DNA of 64,000 nucleotides from contig NW_025963779.1 of assembly GCF_023055435.1 (NCBI RefSeq), positions 76,694,001 to 76,758,000 of the forward strand. The letters are read 5' to 3'. Of the stretch, positions 12,211 to 23,903 are shown in pieces; the stretch's first letter is position 1; the number at the start of each line of letters is the position of its first letter. The stretch is from Haliotis rufescens. Taxonomy: Eukaryota. The translations under genes were made by a program, and so were the position numbers. The notes under the pieces were generated by a model. The model was not told the DNA's origin and searched no databases. It was given only the letters and a program-made list of their open reading frames with translations.

Positions 12211-15200
12211 ATGGCAGCCATGTTAAATCAAAGCAATGCTTCCATTATGGCTGCTGTCGCACTGCTGGCGGGACTGTTGATGTTCAATACATCTCTGATA
12301 CTAGTGTTTTTCACTGTATTACTAATTCTATGGCTGTCAACGCGGCGTCACCCTGGACTTCCCCCCGGGCCCCCTCTTCTACCACTGGTGGGCAACATTT
12401 TTCAAATGGATGCCGATCCCCGAGTGACTTTCAGCAAACTGCGACGTCAGTATGGCAACATCTTCAGCGTGTACATCTTCCACAAGCCCGTCATCGTCCT
12501 CAACGGCTACAATGTCCACAAAGAGGCCCTGGTCAAGAACGCTGATGTTTTCTCAGACAGGCCTCACTCCTTCCTATCGGATATCTTTGGTCACAACAAA
12601 GGTAGGTAACTGTAGATTTTGGTGTATGTAGTGGCGTGTGAGCGTACTTTATGCCGATTTTAGCACTATTCCTGCAATATCACGGCGGGAAGCCTTCGGG
12701 GGAATGTAGTGTTGAATGAGGCATGTTTCCAATACATTGAAGGGAGTAGGGATCTGAATGTTACTTCGTAAATATTAAATTCGAGAAGTATATCTTCAAC
12801 TAGCTTTCCCGTGAATATTGTGGACCCTCTTTAGCATGGAAGAATGAATATGTTAATATATGCATGGCGTCACATGTCACTAAGACGAATGAAAGGCCAA
12901 GGAAGAAAAACTCACACACACGATTGATTATGAGCTGATCGCTACGATTAGTGAAGCTAAATAAATAAAAGCAAACGTAAATATCTGCAAATGTTTGGAA
13001 GTGTCAAGTGATACACAAAATGTGTAAATATAGGCCAGAATAACGTATATGACAACTATAATAACAGTAGTGATTATTGAAACCTCATACTAGTACATAT
13101 ACAAATACAAGTAGGATATCTTTACAACATCGTTTTCCGATTGATAGGAGCATTATTGGTATGCATGCAAACATATTGATATGCTTACTTATGCATGTCG
13201 TCGTTTGTCAAGGAGATTGCGTTAACACATAAATAATAAGCAAACATGGCGGACCTCTAAGATTGTTGAGTGAATGGTCGAGTCCATATTTATTGCTCGG
13301 GTACTTGCCCGTCTCCTACCCGACCCGGGTGCTCGTACTTCAGACAGCGTGAAGGAGTAAAGCTCCACAAAAGTTCGACATTTGTCGTGAATCTTTTGTG
13401 ACTAAATAGCAAACTATTCATATTATTTACCAAATTAAAGTTTTAAAAAAAGGTGACAGTATAACAGATTTGCAATATATACATAATAGAATGCGTATTA
13501 TGCATATGCATTATGTATGTTATACATTAAGCCACTTCAATTGTGTTGAGGCCTGTGAAGATCCGGGTTATAGTAGGTCTTCAGCAAGAGGCGCCTAACG
13601 GGGTCGGGTGGAGCGATGCTCATGAGGTCAATCACTGGATTGTCTGGTCCAGACTCGATTATTTACAAACCGCCGTCATGTAGCTTGAATATTGCTGAGT
13701 GCGGCGTTAAACAACAAACAAACAAACACTGCCGTCCAGTGTGTAGTTACTATGTTCTTCATTCTTATTTATATCATAAATATAAAAAACACCAGAAGAA
13801 CCACACAGCTTCATCATTCCATGACGATGTCAACAAATAACATTATATGTAAATATGCTTTATATTACAGGAATATTAAGCACCAACGGCTCTACATGGA
13901 AAGACATGAGAAAGTTCGCTGTCACCACTCTCAGAGAGTTCGGGGTGGGAAGGTCAACCATTGAAGAGAAAATACAGCAAGAACTGGATAAACTTTTGAA
14001 AGCATTTGAGGATGAAGGTTCGAATGAGTTTGATTGTAAACGACTTGTCCACAATGCTACGTCTAATATCGTTTCTGACCTTTGTTTCGGAAAGCATTAT
14101 GAATATAATGACCCACGATTCATCAGGCTGCTAGACGCAGTAGAGGAGATAGTTTCTGATTTAAGAGCTGCTAACGTTTTGGATGTGTTTCCAGCTGTGA
14201 GATTTCTACCGGGAGATTTCTTTAACTATAAACGCCTTATGAGAAACATCCAAGTACTGGAGAAAGAAGTAGCTAAACACATTGAGGAACACGTCAACAA
14301 CTACGACGAAGATGAACCCGTTGAAGATTTCACCTCCGCTTTCCTCAAAGAGGTGCGACACCGCAAGCAAAGAGACGAGACTTTTGATGGTAAAATGAAT
14401 TATATATTATGAGTTAGTGTATTTATGGTATACACTTATAAGCAAATTGGAATAAAATACTTTCAGTATAAAGGACGGCTTTAAAAAAACACCTGTCTTT
14501 GATGTTTTTGATTTAGTCAGAATCATACAATGTCCTTTTGGAATTCAAACTCTAAGAATTTTATCGCTTTTATTTGACAATTCTGTATCTTTTTTATAGA
14601 TAATTTACAATATCTCCGATGGCACCTTTATACTAAGCATAAAGATCCATCAGCGAAAACCTTAAAAAACTGAAGAAATGAAAAAGTCTTTGAATCCATC
14701 CATCGTCATACATTTTGTGCATTGTCTTAATAATTAATGCATTATCATTTCTGTTTAGAAAGTCACCTATCGATGGTTCTGATTGATATCTTCACACCCG
14801 GAACGTTTGATAATGCCAACAGCATCAAATGGTCACTACTACACCTACTGCATTACCCGGAAGTTCAGGAGAAGTGTTTCCAGGAGATCCAAGAACACGT
14901 CGGGTTCAACAGACGACCCTCCATGAAGGACAAGACAAGCCTTCCTTACGTAGAAGCCACGCTTTCAGAGGTCCTGAGACACGCAGACATGGTACCCACA
15001 GGGGTGCCACACACAGTCCCCCACGATGTCCAGTTCCATGGCTACACGTTCCCAAAGGGTGTCACTATTATTCCTATGTTGAACTCTGTGCTTCATGATC
15101 CGGCAACGTGGGGGGATCCACAAAATTTCAGACCTGAACGCTTCCTTGACCATGAAGGGAAATTCCGGAAGAGGGATGAATTAGTTACTTTTTCTCTTGG

Positions 15201-15848
15201 TAAGAATCTTTTGCTGATGGTATCAACGTTTTTTGCTGCCTGACGTTTTTAATAATAATAAGCAATAGAATATTTAACGTGAGAACTCATGTATCAAACT
15301 CAATATTCAAATCTGGAAAACAGCGTTATAACTACCCTCCGCAAATGGGCACGTTAAATTGAGTTTGTTCACATTGTAGTGACCTATAAACAAGAGTCCT
15401 ATAAGGATTGGTTGGTTGTTTTTTGTTTAATGTCAGTAGTTTCTGAGAAAACTTGTCCCTATTGCACACAGTATGCATATAGACATTACCATGTTAACCG
15501 AGACAATATAGTCGATGGTCATTCGTTTTCTTCATGTATTACAACATGAACTAATAATGTATGAAACATACATGTGTAGTCAAAACCCACAACTCTGCCT
15601 AACAAGAGATATGTCATTCGTGTACATCATTTAATGATCTTTCCTCGTGTTTAATCTGGTTTGCAGGACGCCGAGCATGTCCTGGGGAGTCACTAGGCCG
15701 CATGGAACTGTTCCTGGTTCTTACCACATTGATTCAGAGGTTCAAGTTCGTCCCTCCGAGTGGAACGCTGCAACCACTGATAGGAATAATGGGCATTGCC
15801 AACAATGCTCCCCCTTTCAAGTGCAAAGCCATTCCAAGGAACATTTGA
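12211..15848 (+). CDS. Cytochrome P450, clan 2 (CYP2-like), copy A; exons 12211-12601, 13871-14389, 14759-15199, 15667-15848; 510 aa; atypical I-helix
   Basis: N-terminal TM anchor, PPGP, WKDMR (C-helix WxxxR), EVLR (ExxR), FRPERF and [11 protein letters not shown] (heme Cys). Three GT-AG phase-1 introns splice into an open 1533-nt frame. Confidence 0.95.
13553..13728 (+). mobile_element. SINE-like family 4, deleted copy, in CYP-A intron 1
   Basis: GTGAAGATCCGGGTTA...GAATATTGCTGAGTGCGGCGTTAAACAACAAACAAAC; also present in B intron 1 (about 21388-21563). Confidence 0.75.
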
Positions 15849-16259
15849 GAGGATAGCCACTGTTTTAGAATGGTTACATTGCTTAGCACCTTATGGTTCC
15901 ATGTGAAACGAATTTTGGTTTTATTTGAGAAATTTGAGATGTCCAAATGCCAACTTTGTAGTTTATCTGCGTGTAAGTACAATATAGCATTATATGATAA
16001 AACATTTCATTAAATAGAGTTACATGTATGGATGAGATATATCCTTTGAACTTTTTTAAGTGTCCTCCTGAAATCCCGTCGCAACCTGGTATTTCGTAGT
16101 TTTCAAATCTCTTTTATCCACAGGGATTTCCTGTGCCTGGTTTTCGCAAGATTTCGGAAATTAAAACCTTTTACTACCTTTCTCTTGCCTCTTGTATCTT
16201 GGCATGTAATAACTTAATATAGAGAAAAGTAAATGTTATGAAGTAGTTTAACTTCCAGG

Positions 16260-16296
16260 AGAGAGAGAGAGAGAGAGAGACAGAGAGAGAGAGAGG

Positions 16297-16332
<36 letters not shown>

Positions 16333-16335
16333 GAG
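16260..16335. repeat. (GA)n/(GACA)n compound microsatellite
   Basis: Read directly from the sequence; a shorter version occurs at 44563-44609. Confidence 0.9.
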
Positions 16336-16821
16336 ATGACCTTTGAGACTCAGTACGGGGCCTGTTGTGACCTACTTTACCGGTGAAAGTCATGATACAA
16401 AGCCCAGGGTTGTGCTCGAGGTCACCTGATGTGTACCCCGGTAATACAAACAAGTGTCCCGAGTCGCGGTGTGCGCTCAGAAAAAGCACTAACTGCAGTC
16501 CACACATTCGGGGGTGGTTGGGGGGTGGAGGGGTGGAGGAGATAAAATTATGTAAATATGTCGCATTTTCAACACCCAGAGTGCAGTTCAGTTGCATCTG
16601 AATAAAGCATGTTATACCCATATTGACGTAAAAACACGTTAACTTTGTTTCACCTAAATAACGCTCACGCAATGTCACGGATTGGTGAAAATCGACGTCT
16701 AGGCCCAGTGGATATGTTGCAAATAGGAATGGTGCAAAACGAAGTTACCATACGTTATTATTTTCATTGAAACACAATATCATCTCTTTGAAGGCGTTAT
16801 CTGCAAAAGGGCAACGCTCAT

Positions 16822-17373
16822 GTTTGTTTGTTTGTTGTTTAACGCCGCACTCAGCAATATTCAAGCTATATATGACGGCGGTCCGTAAATATTCGAGTCT
16901 GAACAATCCGTTGAGTCACATCGTGAGCATCGATCAAAGGAATTGGGACATAATAACATGCATCAACCAAGTCAGCGAGCCTGACAACCCGATCCCGTTA
17001 GTCTCCTCTTACGACAAGCATGGGTTACTGAAGACCAATTCTAACCAAGATCTTCACTGGGGCTCACATGTACTAGTCAAATAAGACGTCTGGCATGAAA
17101 TAATTGTCAATCAGTTGGGAGTAAAGTGATTCATATACCATGTCCTGTTTCAGCTATGTGACGGCGGTCGATAAATAATCGAGTCTGGATCAGACAATCT
17201 AGTGATTGACATCATGAGCATCGATACACGCAATTGAGATGCGATTGACATGCCTCAACAAAGTCAGCGAGTCTGACCACCTGATCCCGTTAGCCGCCTC
17301 TTACGACAAGCATAGTCGCCTTTTACGGCAAGCATGGGTTGCTGAAGACCTATTCTACCCCGGATCTTCACAG
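16822..17373 (-). mobile_element. Two SINE-like family 4 copies
   Basis: (TTTG)n tail, CTCAGCAATATTC, CTCTTACGACAAGCATGGGTT, GGATCTTCAC; duplicated at about 24755-25250 and inverted at 39652-40205. Confidence 0.75.
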
Positions 17374-17377
17374 GTCG

Positions 17378-17935
17378 ACAACACTCATGACTTGCCACAG
17401 GCCGGTCATCCACATGTGACGTCAAGTCAAAAAGACAATTATATTCGGTTGGTGCATCTACGGAATCGACACCAAACTGCCACAACTCGGTTGAGACGAA
17501 TTAGTGGCTGAACCGTACGCAACCGGTTGAGGGAACATAACATCTGGCCCCGACATTGAGCTAAACGCCCAATTTTGCTTCCGCATCACCGTCAGGCACG
17601 CCTGGTGTAAAACAGCATCTGAGGTTCAGAAGACAAGAATGGACCAATATTCTGTTCACAGACGAAGCAGGTTTCATCTGGACAGCGTCCAGGATAACAT
17701 TTGAGCGACGTTCGCGTTGCTAAAAATCGTCAGTTTGGGGGTAGGAAGTGTGATGGTATGGGGTGGCATCACAACACATGGGAGAACACAACTCATCATT
17801 GAATGCCGTACGCTACCGGGGCGACATTGTTTAACATGATGTTCTACCCTTTGTGCAAATATATATTCAATAAATGTTTCTGAGTTGTTTCAGTGTATGT
17901 CGTACTTATTTAATCCCTTGTGAAACGTCCATGGG
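17378..17935 (+). mobile_element. Decayed Tc1-like transposase fragment
   Basis: DLPQAGHPHVTS..DNYIRLVHLRNRH, ILFTDEAGF and SVMVWGGIT motifs in broken frames. Confidence 0.75.
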
Positions 17936-17954
17936 GGTTAAACAGCAAACAAAC

Positions 17955-19079
17955 AATTTTCTTGACGTTTTACATTCTCCAAGAACCATGTTAAATTATG
18001 TCGAAATGTTTGATTTTTCAATTTTGTATATCACTGTCCCACACGGCAAACTTAACGAAAAACTTAATTCCATTTTCTATGAACGTTGTGACCATGGATA
18101 TATTTATACGGCGATATTTTGCCTCCTAGTTATGAATTAAATAAAATAGCTGGCTTTTGAAATGTAGTTAAAAAACATATTGGCTCTCACGCACGCACAC
18201 ACGCACAATATCAACTTGTCGGTCCCTTAAACCTCTGTCGTCAAATGTTCAGGACAATTTGTCAAAAAAAGAAAGTATATGTCATCTGAAGTTGAATGTA
18301 AAAACAATATGTGAAATGCTTGACTTCCTCGTTGATGAAACGGGGGCACGGGTGGCCCAGTCGTCTAAGGCGCCGCGATTCGCTGTGCAGAGTTGCGTCC
18401 CTTGGGCACGCCAGAAACCTATGATTGTGGGTTCGAATCCCGGTTCGCCCCAATTATGTTTCTAGGTTTGTCAGCACCATACCCGTGCTCGTGGGTTTCA
18501 CCGAAGTGGTAAACGTCTGAGACCTGCATCACTTCGGGCTTTCCTCCCACATTAAGCTGACACGCCGTGATATAACTGGAATACTGTTAAAAGCGGCGTT
18601 AAACCCAACTCACTCACTCACTCATTGATGAAACAGCTGTGTGAAATTTGGGGATAAGACATAATGGGCACCAATTGTGATCCCCTCCTTAATGATCTAT
18701 TTCGTAATAATGCATATGGATCGGAATGTCTAAATCAGTTCAGATTGGCAAACTCAAAACAAGGGAGTTTAACTTAAGCTCCAGGTATATGGATGATTTG
18801 ATATCGTTCAATAACCGCCTAGTTGCCAATTCCTTCCACTGATTTACAAACCTGAACTAGAAATAAAAGAGACCAGTGTAAATTTCATCTGCTTATTATT
18901 TATATTTAGGCAAAAAAAGGTTCAGTTAGTGACAACAACTATTCACAGGACAAGGGGTATGACAAGAGGGATGACTTCAATTTCCTTTTATGTCGAGCAA
19001 TGTTCCTGCAGCTCCACAACTTTTTAGGTACAGGAGAGCATGTTCTTGCTACGAATATATCAAAGAGCGTCATACGACT
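17955..19079 (+). mobile_element. Decayed Penelope-like reverse transcriptase fragment, cut at the tandem-duplication junction
   Basis: FDFSxLYxTVPH, MGTNCDPLL, RYMDDLISFNN, PELEIKET, YDKRDDFNF and SSNVPAAP motifs in broken frames. Confidence 0.7.
18341..18622 (+). mobile_element. Full-length tRNA-derived SINE family 1, present only in the unit-A copy
   Basis: A box TGGCCCAGTCG and B box GGTTCGAATCC; (CACT)n tail; TSD TTGATGAAAC; empty site at about 26565 and about 38300. Confidence 0.9.
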
Positions 19080-19650
19080 TGTGTTAACGTTGAATGTATT
19101 GCAGCATGTAATAAATTAATCAAGTAGAAATTGTGATACCGTGATTCTTAAATGCCTAACAGACGAATCTTGTGTTAATGTTGAATGTATTGCAGCATGT
19201 AATAAATAAACCAACAGAAATTGTGATACCGTGATTGTTAAATGCCTAACAGACGAAGCTTGTGTTAATGTTGAATGTATTGCAGCATGTAATAAATTAA
19301 TCAAGTAGAAATTGTGATACCGTGATTCTTAAATACCTAACAGACGAAGCTTGGTTTACTGTTGAATGTTTTGCATCATGTAATAAATTAATCAAGTAGA
19401 AATTGTGATACAGTGATTGTTAAATGCCTAACAGACGAAGCTTGTGTTACTGTTGAATGTATTGCAGCATGTAATAAATTAATCAAGTAGAAATTGTGAT
19501 ACCGTGATTCTTAAATGCCTGACAGACGAAACTTGTGTTACTGTTGAATGTATTGCAGCATGTAATAAATTAATCAAGTAGAAATTGTGATACCGTGATT
19601 GTTAAATGCCTGACAGACGAAGCTTATAAAATGTTGAATGCATTACAGGA
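19078..19650. repeat. 91-bp tandem repeat, about 6 copies, upstream of CYP copy B
   Basis: Same unit as 11140-11650. Confidence 0.95.
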
Positions 19651-20084
19651 CGCAATAAAGTAAGTATGTAAGCATCTATTAATTAAGTATAAATTGTGAT
19701 GAAATATGTTTTATTTAATTCAAGAAGGCTTCATTATATTCGCTGTGGATATATGTTCTGTTAAGCTTGGACCCTACTGAATCCATTAAAATGATATTAA
19801 AACATATATTTCACACGTATACTGTAAGTTTAAACATCAATATGTATGTCGCATACTAAAGCTGGCATAACGAGATGTGTGCATTATATTATACATGACA
19901 CACGTAAAGAATGAGCAAACAAACATGGCGATCGTCTGGGTTGGTAGGGGCAGTTGCAATGGACGAGTCTAAATTTATTACCCCTACCTTTACCAGTTAT
20001 GGTCTGATCCAGGAGCTGTTACTGTGGTGCACTGGCTTACAAAAAGCATCAGCGAGATAACCTACATCCATTCGGCAACTAGAC

Positions 20085-23000
20085 ATGGCAGCCATGTTAA
20101 ATCAAAGCAATGCTTCCATTATGGCTGCTGTCGCACTGCTGGCGGGACTGTTGATGTTCAATACATCTCTGATACTGGTGTTTGTCACTGTATTACTAAT
20201 TCTATGGCTGTCAACGCGGCGTCACCCTGGACTTCCCCCCGGGCCCCCTCTTCTACCACTGGTGGGCAACATTTTTCAAATGGATGCCGATCCCCGAGTG
20301 ACTTTCAGCAAACTGCGACGTCAGTATGGCGACATCTTCAGCGTGTACATCTTCCACAAGCCCGTCATCGTCCTCAACGGCTACAATGTCCACAAAGAGG
20401 CCCTGGTCAAGAACGCTGATGTTTTCTCAGACAGGCCTCACTCCTTCCTATCGGATATCTTTGGTCACAACAAAGGTAGGTAACTGTAGATTTTGGTGTA
20501 TGTAGTGGCGTGTGAGCGTACTTTATGCCGATTTTAGCACTATTCCTGCAATATCACGGCGGGAAGCCTTCGGGGGAATGTAGTGTTGAATGAGGCATGT
20601 GTCCAATACATTGAAGGGAGTAGGGATCTGAATGTTACTTCGTAAATATTAAATTCGAGAAGTATATCTTCAACTAGCTTTCAAGGATCCCGTTAATATT
20701 GTGGACCCTCTTTAGCATGGAAGAATGAATATGTTAATATATGCATGGCGTCACATGTCACTAAGACGAATGAAAGGCCAAGGGAGAAAAACTCACACAC
20801 ACGATTGATTATGAGCTGATCGCTACGATTAGTGAAGCTAAATAAATAAAAGCAAACGTAAATATCTGCAAATGTTTGGAAGTGTCAAGTGATACAAAAA
20901 TGAGTAAATATAGGCCAGAATAACGTATATGACAACTATAACAGTAATGATTATTGAAACCTAATACTAGTAAATAAACAAATACAAGTAGGATATCTTT
21001 ACAACATCGTTTTCCGATTGATAGGAGCATTATTGGTATGCATGCAAACATATTGATATGCTTAATTATGCATGTCGTCGTAGGTCAAGGAGATTGCGTT
21101 AACACATAAATAATAAGCAAACATGGCGGACCTCTAAGATTGTTGAGTGAATGGACGACCCGGGACCTGGTACTTCAGACAGCGTGATGGAGTAAAGCTC
21201 CACAAAAGTTCGACATTTGTCGTGAATGTTTTGTGACTAAATAGCAAACTATTTATATTATTTACCAAATTAAAGTTTTAAAAAAAGGTGACAGTGTAAC
21301 AGATTTGCAACATATACATAATAGCATGCGTATTATGCATATGCATTATGTATGTTATACATTAAGCCACTTCAATTGTGTTGAGACCTGTGAAGATCCG
21401 GGTTATAGTAGGTCTTCAGCAAGAGGCGCCTAACGGGGTCGGGTGGAGCGATGCTCATGAGGTCAATCACTGGATTGTCTGGTCCAGACTCGATTATTTA
21501 CAAACCGTCGTCATGTAGCTTGAATATTGCTGAGAGCGGCGTTAAACAACAAACAAACAAACACTGTCGTCCAGTGTGTAGTTACTATGTTCTTGATTCT
21601 TATTTATATCATAAATATAAAAAAACCCCAGAAGAACCACACAGCTTCATTATTCCATGACGATGTCAACAAATAACATTATATGTAAATATGCTTTATA
21701 TTATAGGAATATTAAGCACCAACGGCTCTACATGGAAAGACATGAGAAAGTTCGCTGTCACCACTCTCAGAGAGTTCGGGGTGGGAAGGTCAACCATTGA
21801 AGAGAAAATACAGCAAGAACTGGATAAACTTTTGAAAGCATTTGAGGATGAAGGTTCGAATGAGTTTGATTGTAAACGACATGTCCACACTGCTACGTCT
21901 AATATCGTTTCTGACCTTTGTTTCGGAAAGCATTATGAATATAATGACCCACGATTCATCAGGCTGCTAGACGCAGTAGAGGAGATGATTACTGATTTAG
22001 GAGCTGCAAACGTGTTGGATGTGTTTCCAGCTGTGAGATTTCTACCGGGAGATTTCTTTAACTATAAACGCCTTATGAGAAACATCCAAGTACTGGAGAA
22101 AGAAGTAGCTAAACACATTGAGGAACACGTCAACAACTACGAAGAAGATGAACCCGTTGAAGACTTCACCTCCGCTTTCCTCAAAGAGGTGCGACGCCGC
22201 AAGCAAAGAGACGAGACTTTTGATGGTAAAATGAATTATATATTATGAGTTAGTGTATTTATGGTATAATCTTTGATGTTTTTGATTTAGTCAGAATCAT
22301 ACAATGTCCTTTTGGATTTCAAACTCTAAGAATTTTATCGCTTTTATTTGACAATTCTGTATCTTTTTTATAGATAATTTACAATATCTCCGATGGCACC
22401 TTTATACTAAGCATAAGGATCCATCAGCGAAAAACTTTAAAAAACTGAAGACATGAAAAAGTCATTGAATCCATCCATCGTCATACATTTTGTGCATTGT
22501 CTTAATAATTAATGCATTATCATTTCTGTTTAGAAAGTCACCTATCGATGTTTCTGATTGATATCTTCACACCCGGAACGTATGATAATGCCAACAGCAT
22601 CAAATGGTCACTACTACACCTACTTCATTACCCGGAAGTTCAGGAGAAGTGTTTCCAGGAGATCCAAGAACACGTCGGGTTCAACAGACGACCCTCCATG
22701 AAGGACAAGACCAGCCTTTCTTACGTAGAAGCCACGCTTTCAGAAGTCCTGAGACACGCAGACATGGTACCCACAGGGGTGCCACACACAGTCCCCCACG
22801 ATGTCCAGTTCCAGGGCTACACGTTCCCCAAGGGTGTCACTATTATTCCTATGTTGAACTCTGTACTTCATGATCCGGCAACGTGGGGGGATCCACAAAA
22901 TTTCAGACCTGAACGCTTCCTTGACCATGAAGGGAAATTCCGAAAGAGGGATGAATTAGTTGCTTTTTCTCTTGGTAAGAATCTTTTGCTGATGGTATCA

Positions 23001-23903
23001 ACTTTTTTAGCTCCCTAACGTTTTTAATAATAATAAGCAATAGAATATTTAACGTGAGAACTCATGTATCAAACTCAATATTCAAATATGGAAAACAGCG
23101 TTATCACTACCCTCCGCAAATGGGCATGTTAAATTGAGTTTGTTCACATTGTAGTGACCTATAAACAAGAGTCCTATAAGGATTGGTTGGTTGTTTTTTG
23201 TTTAATGTCAGTAGTTTCTGAGAAAAGTTGTCCCTATTGCACACACTATGCATATAGACATTACCATGTTAACCGAGACAATATAGTCGATGGTCATTCG
23301 TTTTCTTTATGTACTACGAGTTAGTGAGTGAGTGAGTTGGGTTTAACGCCGCTTTTAACATTATTCCAGTTAATCATGGCGTGTCAGCTTTATGTGGGAG
23401 GAAAGCCCGAAGTGATGCATGTCTTAGACGTTTACCACCTCGGTGAAACCCACGAGCACGGGTATGGTGCTAACAAACCTAGAAACATAATTGGGGCGAA
23501 CCGGGATTCGAACCCACATAGGTTCTGGCATGCCCAAGGGACGCAACTCTGCACAGCGAATCGCGGCGCCTTAGACGACTGGGCCACCCGTGCCCCCTAT
23601 TACAACATGAACTAATAATGTATTAAACATACATGTGTAGTCAAAGCCTCTGCTAGACAAAAGATATGTCATTCGTGTACATCATTTAATGATCTTTCCT
23701 CGTGTTTAATCTGGTTTGCAGGACGCCGAGCATGTCCTGGGGAGTCACTAGGCCGCATGGAACTGTTCCTGGTTCTTACCACATTGATTCAGAGGTTCAA
23801 GTTCGTCCCTCCGAGTGGAACGCTGCAACCACTGATAGGAATAATGGGCTTTGCCAACAATGCTCCCCCTTTCAAGTGCAAAGCCATTCCAAGGAACATT
23901 TGA
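20085..23903 (+). CDS. Cytochrome P450, clan 2 (CYP2-like), copy B; exons 20085-20475, 21707-22225, 22534-22974, 23722-23903; 510 aa; atypical I-helix
   Basis: Same exon sizes and motifs as A; open frame; about 26 coding differences from A by eye. Confidence 0.95.
23318..23597 (-). mobile_element. SINE family 1 in CYP-B intron 3
   Basis: Reverse complement of 18341-18622; absent from intron 3 of A and C. Confidence 0.9.

Noticed and set aside
12150-12545. Overlapping alternative-frame and antisense ORFs on CYP exons (also 14829-15098, 50368-50820)
   Set aside because: Shadow frames of real coding exons; they recur only because the exons are duplicated.
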